DNA of 43,299 nt from positions 1 to 43,299 of the forward strand of contig DAOVET010000013.1 of assembly GCA_030668825.1 (NCBI GenBank), given 5' to 3'. A model generated the notes under the pieces. The model saw only the letters and a list, made by a program, of their open reading frames with translations, was not told the DNA's origin and made no database searches. Position numbers and translations under genes: made by a program. Below are positions 38,139 through 43,299 of the stretch, in pieces; within the stretch, counting starts at the first letter, position 1; each line of letters begins with the position of its first letter. This stretch comes from Candidatus Heimdallarchaeota archaeon. Its GTDB lineage: Archaea > Asgardarchaeota > Heimdallarchaeia > Heimdallarchaeales > Heimdallarchaeaceae.

Positions 38139-38810
38139 GTGAAAATGCTTATGACAAAACATCCATTTCACATGAAAATTTTTAAACTGAAGAATCATCA
38201 ATATAATGTGTCATCCAGTGAAATTTTTAAAAGAGAAGCATTAACAGAAAAAATCCAAGAAATTTTTGGAACACCAGAATTCGGTCTAGAACATATAAAT
38301 GGAGATATGTATATCTTCAACAACTCCTATTTAGTCGCAAATGTCCTTCTAACTCAAGAAATAGATATTTACATCCCATCAGAGAAAGTGTTTTTCAGTG
38401 GAGAGTATGATGAGAAAACATACTTGAGAGAAAAGATTGTTTTTGAACAATATGTAGAAATTTATACAAATAAAAGTGAAAATTTCTCTACAATGGCTAG
38501 TGGTTCTAAGAAAGTAGCTTCTTTTGATGAAGCCTTTGCTAACTTAGAAAAATTTGGAAGAAAAATATATTTTATGCTAGAGAAAATTGCAGAGTTTTAT
38601 AGTGGTGATATAAAATATTCTTATCAAGATTGCAGATTTAAAGGTTTAGAGAAAAAAGACTATGAAAGTTCATCAGAACACGAGTATTTTGTTCAAAGTT
38701 CTTCAATAAGCAGTCAAGAGTTAAGTAGTGGGAATTTAAAGAAAATTCAGCAAGTAGATAAAGAAATACAAGAGTATGCGGAGAGCAAAGCTGAAGAAAA
38801 TAAAACTTAA
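38139..38810 (+). CDS. Hypothetical protein
   Basis: 223-aa ORF, start uncertain. Confidence 0.5.
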   Translation: MKMLMTKHPFHMKIFKLKNHQYNVSSSEIFKREALTEKIQEIFGTPEFGLEHINGDMYIFNNSYLVANVLLTQEIDIYIPSEKVFFSGEYDEKTYLREKIVFEQYVEIYTNKSENFSTMASGSKKVASFDEAFANLEKFGRKIYFMLEKIAEFYSGDIKYSYQDCRFKGLEKKDYESSSEHEYFVQSSSISSQELSSGNLKKIQQVDKEIQEYAESKAEENKT

Positions 38811-38942
38811 AGAACATACTAGTCTAATTCTACACGATCTTCACAGCGAAGTTCAATTCCTTTTATAGTTTTGGTGAAATAAGAATCGCGAAAAACATAT
38901 AAGTTTTTTATATTAGCACGAGTTTTATTTCTTGCTTCATTG

Positions 38943-39986
38943 ATGAAACCTATTTCATTTATCCTGAGTTCCTCTCCAATTGATGAGATAATTAGACTAG
39001 CAAATTATAAAGTAAAACATATATGGAATATTAGCGAGTCAAGAAGTTTCAATGAAATGAATTATCTTCCTCAGCAGTATTGTCAGCTCAGTAAACACAT
39101 CTATACCACTATAGTACCTAAGATTAGAGATAGAACAGACAAACTATTAATTATAAGTCATTGTTCAGAACTGAATAGATTTCATTCATTATTAGATGAG
39201 ATTTGCAGACATGATTTTATAGAAATTCCAAGAAGTAGTAGAAAACATGCTCAAGTTTATCTAGAAAAGCAAATTGAAGATCATATTAGTAATGATTCAT
39301 CATTAAAATCTGTTTCAATAAATCAACTGAAACAAGAAGTTAAAGACAGAAGGAATCTAATAAAATATTTGAAAGAAGTGCATTTAAAAAATCAAATGAA
39401 ATATGTGGATGTACTTTCGCTAGTGCATGTAATTCTTGATCGGGATGCAGCATCTTTTCAACAAATTAAGAATGAAATAGATAAGAAAATCAGCAGGAGT
39501 AGTTTAGAAGGTAAAACAAAAATCGATAAGCCCTCTATTCTGATATTGGGAGAATTTTGGTGTGAAGAGATTATTAAAATATTAGAAAAAATGGATGAAT
39601 TATTCGAAATAAAGAAGGATACGTTTGAGAATGGGCTAGGTTTTGTATATCAAGAACTTAAGGAAACCTCCATTGAAGATCTGAAGTCATACATTAATTT
39701 TGTTGTTCTAAATACAATAAAAGGTAAGTTTAACCCATCTTCACTGGATTTTGATGTAGACGAAATTAGCAATGTAGTTGAACAAAATAGTACTGAAGGA
39801 ATCATCATCTTAAGTTACAAATTCTGTGATGTATATACATTTCTTGCACCATTGATAAAACAGATACCAAATTTTGATTTGCCTATATTGGAAATTGAAC
39901 TTGAGAGCGAAGGATTAGGTTTTGAACAAGTTAAAACAAGACTTGAAGCCTTTCAAGAATGTTTGCTTGACAGGAGGGAAAATTGA
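38943..39986 (+). CDS. 2-hydroxyacyl-CoA dehydratase/benzoyl-CoA reductase family subunit (divergent)
   Basis: LPQQYC, HC, IEIPR, KFCDVY, EQVKTRLEAF. Confidence 0.75.
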   Translation: MKPISFILSSSPIDEIIRLANYKVKHIWNISESRSFNEMNYLPQQYCQLSKHIYTTIVPKIRDRTDKLLIISHCSELNRFHSLLDEICRHDFIEIPRSSRKHAQVYLEKQIEDHISNDSSLKSVSINQLKQEVKDRRNLIKYLKEVHLKNQMKYVDVLSLVHVILDRDAASFQQIKNEIDKKISRSSLEGKTKIDKPSILILGEFWCEEIIKILEKMDELFEIKKDTFENGLGFVYQELKETSIEDLKSYINFVVLNTIKGKFNPSSLDFDVDEISNVVEQNSTEGIIILSYKFCDVYTFLAPLIKQIPNFDLPILEIELESEGLGFEQVKTRLEAFQECLLDRREN

Positions 39987-41233
39987 TGGATGCAAGTAAG
40001 TTCTTAAGATTCACTTTCAAGCATTTGACAGTAAAACCTGTAAGATTTACAGTTTCTACATTAGCTTCATGGTTGACAAATATTAAATCAGATAGAATCA
40101 TCTATAATCAATACTTTAAGTTTATCAGAGAATGCTACAAAAATTCAAATAGAGTTGCCTGGGTTCCTTTTGTATATCCTGTGGAAATCCTATATTCAAT
40201 GAATTTGCTACCATTCACTACAGAGGTATTTGGGATTAATTGCGCAAGAGTACCTGAGTTAATACCAGATGCATTTGAAAAAGCTTTCCAAGTAGGATTA
40301 TCGGCTGATTCTTGCAGTTTTCATCATGCTTCAGTAGGGATATTTGCACAAAATATTCTTCCAAAAGCAAAAATAATTTTGGGTGGTACTCCAACGGGTT
40401 GCGAGGATCAATACCATTCATTACGCATTCTGGCAAAGATGTTCAAAACGAAATATTATGCTATAGATGTTCCTAGACATTATTCAGGAGAAAAAGAGAA
40501 GTTAGAGTATTTCAAAGACGAACTGTACGGATTAATTGAGTTTTGTGAAAAAGAAACAGAGTTCAAGTTTGAAAAGGAAGAATTGAGGAGAATTAACTCT
40601 CGTTATAGGGAGGTTTATCAAAAATACGAGCAAATTATGCAACTTAAAGCAGATGTTCCAGTAAAGCTTTATGAAGGTCACTTCACTGCTATTTCTTCAG
40701 TTTTAGTTGATTTTGTAGGAAGTTTAGAGATGGTAGAGAAATATTTCGATAAAGCAGTAAAAGACTTCAACTATCTAAAATTTCCAAAAATGGGAGATTC
40801 ATCTAAACGTATTGCATGGATAGGACACCCAATTATTCCTCTCAGAAAACTTCAGTATTTCTTGGCAGAAAATAACGCATTTATAGGTTATCAAGAATTC
40901 ATGGAAAGTACTGTTCCTCCTCCTTCGAAAAGAAAGGATCCTATTGAGGAAGTGGCAGAAAAATATCTATCAGCTTACTCAAATGTACCAATTGAGAAAA
41001 GACTAGAAGTAATAAAAAAACGTTTGAACAAACATCGGTACGATGGAGTTGTTTACATGACTTCTTGGGGATGTCACCAATTAAATTCTGCAGCTGGTTA
41101 TATTGTTGAAAGCTTGAAAGAAGATTATCCTGTTGTTCTGATTGATTCAGATAGCTGTAATATCAAGAATGTTGGAGAGGAACAAGTTAAAATGAGATTA
41201 GAAGCACTACTAGAATTAATAGAACAAAGATAA
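39986..41233 (+). CDS. 2-hydroxyacyl-CoA dehydratase family subunit
   Basis: PVEIL, DSCSF, TGCED, IDVP, DGVV...WGCH, EQVKMRLEA (three Fe-S Cys). Confidence 0.85.
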   Translation: MDASKFLRFTFKHLTVKPVRFTVSTLASWLTNIKSDRIIYNQYFKFIRECYKNSNRVAWVPFVYPVEILYSMNLLPFTTEVFGINCARVPELIPDAFEKAFQVGLSADSCSFHHASVGIFAQNILPKAKIILGGTPTGCEDQYHSLRILAKMFKTKYYAIDVPRHYSGEKEKLEYFKDELYGLIEFCEKETEFKFEKEELRRINSRYREVYQKYEQIMQLKADVPVKLYEGHFTAISSVLVDFVGSLEMVEKYFDKAVKDFNYLKFPKMGDSSKRIAWIGHPIIPLRKLQYFLAENNAFIGYQEFMESTVPPPSKRKDPIEEVAEKYLSAYSNVPIEKRLEVIKKRLNKHRYDGVVYMTSWGCHQLNSAAGYIVESLKEDYPVVLIDSDSCNIKNVGEEQVKMRLEALLELIEQR

Positions 41234-41284
41234 TAAGAACAGATTTTGAAAAGTTTTTAAAGGCCACTATAGTAGCAATCACAT

Positions 41285-42049
41285 ATGTTTGTAATTGGGT
41301 TAGATATTGGTTCAACTACTACCAAAGCTACTGTGCTAAATGATAAGAAGAAAATAATTAGCTATGAAATTATTCCAACTGGAGCGAACATGGTAGAAGC
41401 AGAAAAACAAGTCTTTAACACAGTATTAGAAAAAGCTAATCTTGAAAGAAATCAGATAACTAACATTGTTTCTTCAGGTTATGGAAGAGAAAGGTCACGA
41501 TTTGCTAAGAGTCAAATCACTGAGATTAAAGCTATGACTCTAGGAGCCGAATATCTATTCCCAGGAGTTAGAACTTTGATAGATGTGGGTGGTCAGGATA
41601 ATAAAGCCATCAAGATAAAAGGAGGAAAAGTGCAAGATTTCAAACTAAATGACAAGTGTGCAGCTGGTACAGGTCGTTTTTTGGAACTGATTTCAAAAGT
41701 TCTGGAGATACCCATAGAAGAGATGTCTAACGTAGCTAAGAAAGCAAGACGGTTTGAATCTCTCTCAAAGACTTGTGCAGTATTTGCTCAGACAGAGGTA
41801 ATCAATCTTCTATCCCAAGGTTCTTCAGCGGCTGAAATTATTCAAGGATCTTATGAATTTATAGCTAAAAGAGTTCTATCAATGGCCACTAGCCTTCGAA
41901 TTGAACAGCCTATTGTTCTTTCAGGAGGAGTAGCAAAAAGTGAATCACTTGTCAAAATGTTCAATAAAACATCTAACTTGAAGGTTAAAGTACCAGCTGA
42001 ACCACAATTGTTAGGAGCTATAGGTTCTGCAATTCATGGCTTATCTTAA
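41285..42049 (+). CDS. CoA-substrate-specific enzyme activase (HgdC/BadF-BadG-BcrA-BcrD ATPase)
   Basis: GLDIGSTTTK, GYGR, DVGGQD, NDKCAAGTGRFLE, CAVFA, SGGVA. Confidence 0.92.
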   Translation: MFVIGLDIGSTTTKATVLNDKKKIISYEIIPTGANMVEAEKQVFNTVLEKANLERNQITNIVSSGYGRERSRFAKSQITEIKAMTLGAEYLFPGVRTLIDVGGQDNKAIKIKGGKVQDFKLNDKCAAGTGRFLELISKVLEIPIEEMSNVAKKARRFESLSKTCAVFAQTEVINLLSQGSSAAEIIQGSYEFIAKRVLSMATSLRIEQPIVLSGGVAKSESLVKMFNKTSNLKVKVPAEPQLLGAIGSAIHGLS

Positions 42050-42092
42050 TTATATTTTCAAGATAACAACACTTCAATCTCTTTTTTCTATT

Positions 42093-43298
42093 TCAGGAAT
42101 TGTTCAATGGAGTTTTCTTAGTTAATCTTTCCTTACCGACCAAAGGTATCAAAAATAGTATCGGAATTATCCCTACGATATAAACTGATGCTGTTACAAA
42201 GAAGTTTAGTTGGTAATTTCCTGGTGATTCATCACCTATTAGATACCCACCTATTACAGCTGAAAAATTCCAGAAGAATCCCCATGCTAAAGTTTCCAAT
42301 GAGTTCCATTTTCCTCTATTTTTCTTAGGAATCACATCCATCAAAATGCTTCTACTAAGTGGTTGTGCTGCGTTCATTAAACTTCCTCTAGCAATGAATA
42401 ATGGAATCAAAATACTTAATCTAGGATAGAGAGCAATTCCAAATAGACATAGAGTCGCAGTTAACTGCACAACAAATATGATGACAGCTCGACCTCGTTT
42501 CATTGAGAAACGTTGAGCAAGAAGACTTAGTAACCCCGTAGCAACAGATGTTGAACCCATGATGAGCTGAACATCTATGGGACTGAGATCATAAAATGCA
42601 GGATCTGCAAAGAACACAGGAAAGAATTTTATGGTCATCCCTGCTCCTATACCAACAATAACGTTTGATCCTACGAGAAGATAAGGTATGAGTTTAGTTC
42701 TTCTCTTTTCTGACATTTTAGATCCAAACCCATTTCTTCCTTCAGTAATTGTTTCTACAACTTCTTCCTCAATGGATTCACTATCTGAACCCAAGCTTTT
42801 TTTGTCATTGAAAAATAGCATAATACCTATTGATAAGAATGTAATAACAATTCCCACAATCATTACACTTTTTAGGACATTAAGTTCCCAGACATCTCCA
42901 AATATGAAGAAGAGAACTGCATTAACAAAAGGTCCGACAGCCATTGCAACATTTCTTGTAAGATGTAGCCATGAATAAGTTTTCGACCTTCTTCCTGATT
43001 CAACTGAATCTGCTAATATCGATTCTAATGAAGGACGAGAAAGTGCTTGAAAGAGTCCCCACAGACCTAAAGATATGAAAATATAAATTATTGAATTTCC
43101 AAATAAAATTATTGCTAGTGCTGCAATACCTATTGCAGATCCAATCTTAAGAAAGAGGGCACGACCATATCTATCAGCTAAAATGCCTGCTGGAAATACG
43201 AAAATAGTTAGTACTATTCCCATCGTAAAGGAAGTCCAACCAAGAATTTTATTCGAGTCAGATAACAATTTAATATAGAGAGATAAAACGTTCCCCAT
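42093..43298 (-). CDS. MFS transporter (N-terminus probably beyond the window)
   Basis: G.LADRYGR motif A and multiple TM helices. Confidence 0.88.
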   Translation of the reverse strand: MGNVLSLYIKLLSDSNKILGWTSFTMGIVLTIFVFPAGILADRYGRALFLKIGSAIGIAALAIILFGNSIIYIFISLGLWGLFQALSRPSLESILADSVESGRRSKTYSWLHLTRNVAMAVGPFVNAVLFFIFGDVWELNVLKSVMIVGIVITFLSIGIMLFFNDKKSLGSDSESIEEEVVETITEGRNGFGSKMSEKRRTKLIPYLLVGSNVIVGIGAGMTIKFFPVFFADPAFYDLSPIDVQLIMGSTSVATGLLSLLAQRFSMKRGRAVIIFVVQLTATLCLFGIALYPRLSILIPLFIARGSLMNAAQPLSRSILMDVIPKKNRGKWNSLETLAWGFFWNFSAVIGGYLIGDESPGNYQLNFFVTASVYIVGIIPILFLIPLVGKERLTKKTPLNNS

Positions 43299-43299
43299 C

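Noticed and set aside
2715-42978. Short overlapping or antisense ORFs (e.g. 2715, 3434, 3898, 14210, 14413, 14862, 14867, 16548, 22211, 22895, 22909, 23479, 24057, 24130, 25055, 26120, 26298, 26897, 30151, 30770, 33067, 33314, 34259, 34332, 36545, 37061, 40236, 42688)
   Set aside because: Shadow frames of better-supported genes with no recognisable motifs.

Overview
AT-rich archaeal DNA. The gene repertoire suggests an Asgard (Heimdallarchaeia-like) genome, but this is inference: NosD-like beta-helix surface proteins, membrane proteins with double zinc ribbons, PIN and MNT-HEPN toxin-antitoxin (TA) modules, and C-terminal sorting tails. It is an accessory-type region; I see no rRNA, tRNA or CRISPR array. 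Layout: (i) 1-10.6 kb, surface and hydrolase genes separated by five same-orientation copies of an intergenic palindrome (family A, ATCTTACCAC-N16-GTGGTAAGAT); (ii) 10.6-15.6 kb, four tandem polytopic membrane genes and an EhpF/GriC-like adenylating enzyme; (iii) 15.6-19.9 kb, a cassette-like array of small genes and three TA pairs separated by a second same-orientation palindrome (family B, TCAACCT-TARGG-AGGTTGA); (iv) a 1.4-kb tnpB-only element bounded by 22-bp terminal inverted repeats, whose TnpB has a rearranged RuvC-II and an internal stop; (v) peptidases and hydrolases, a membrane-anchored wHTH plus beta-helix block between two gene remnants, and a 2-hydroxyacyl-CoA dehydratase/activase cluster. 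Several genes carry single nonsense or homopolymer frameshift lesions. The best candidates for an undescribed system are the palindrome-delimited cassette arrays and the TIR-bounded TnpB.
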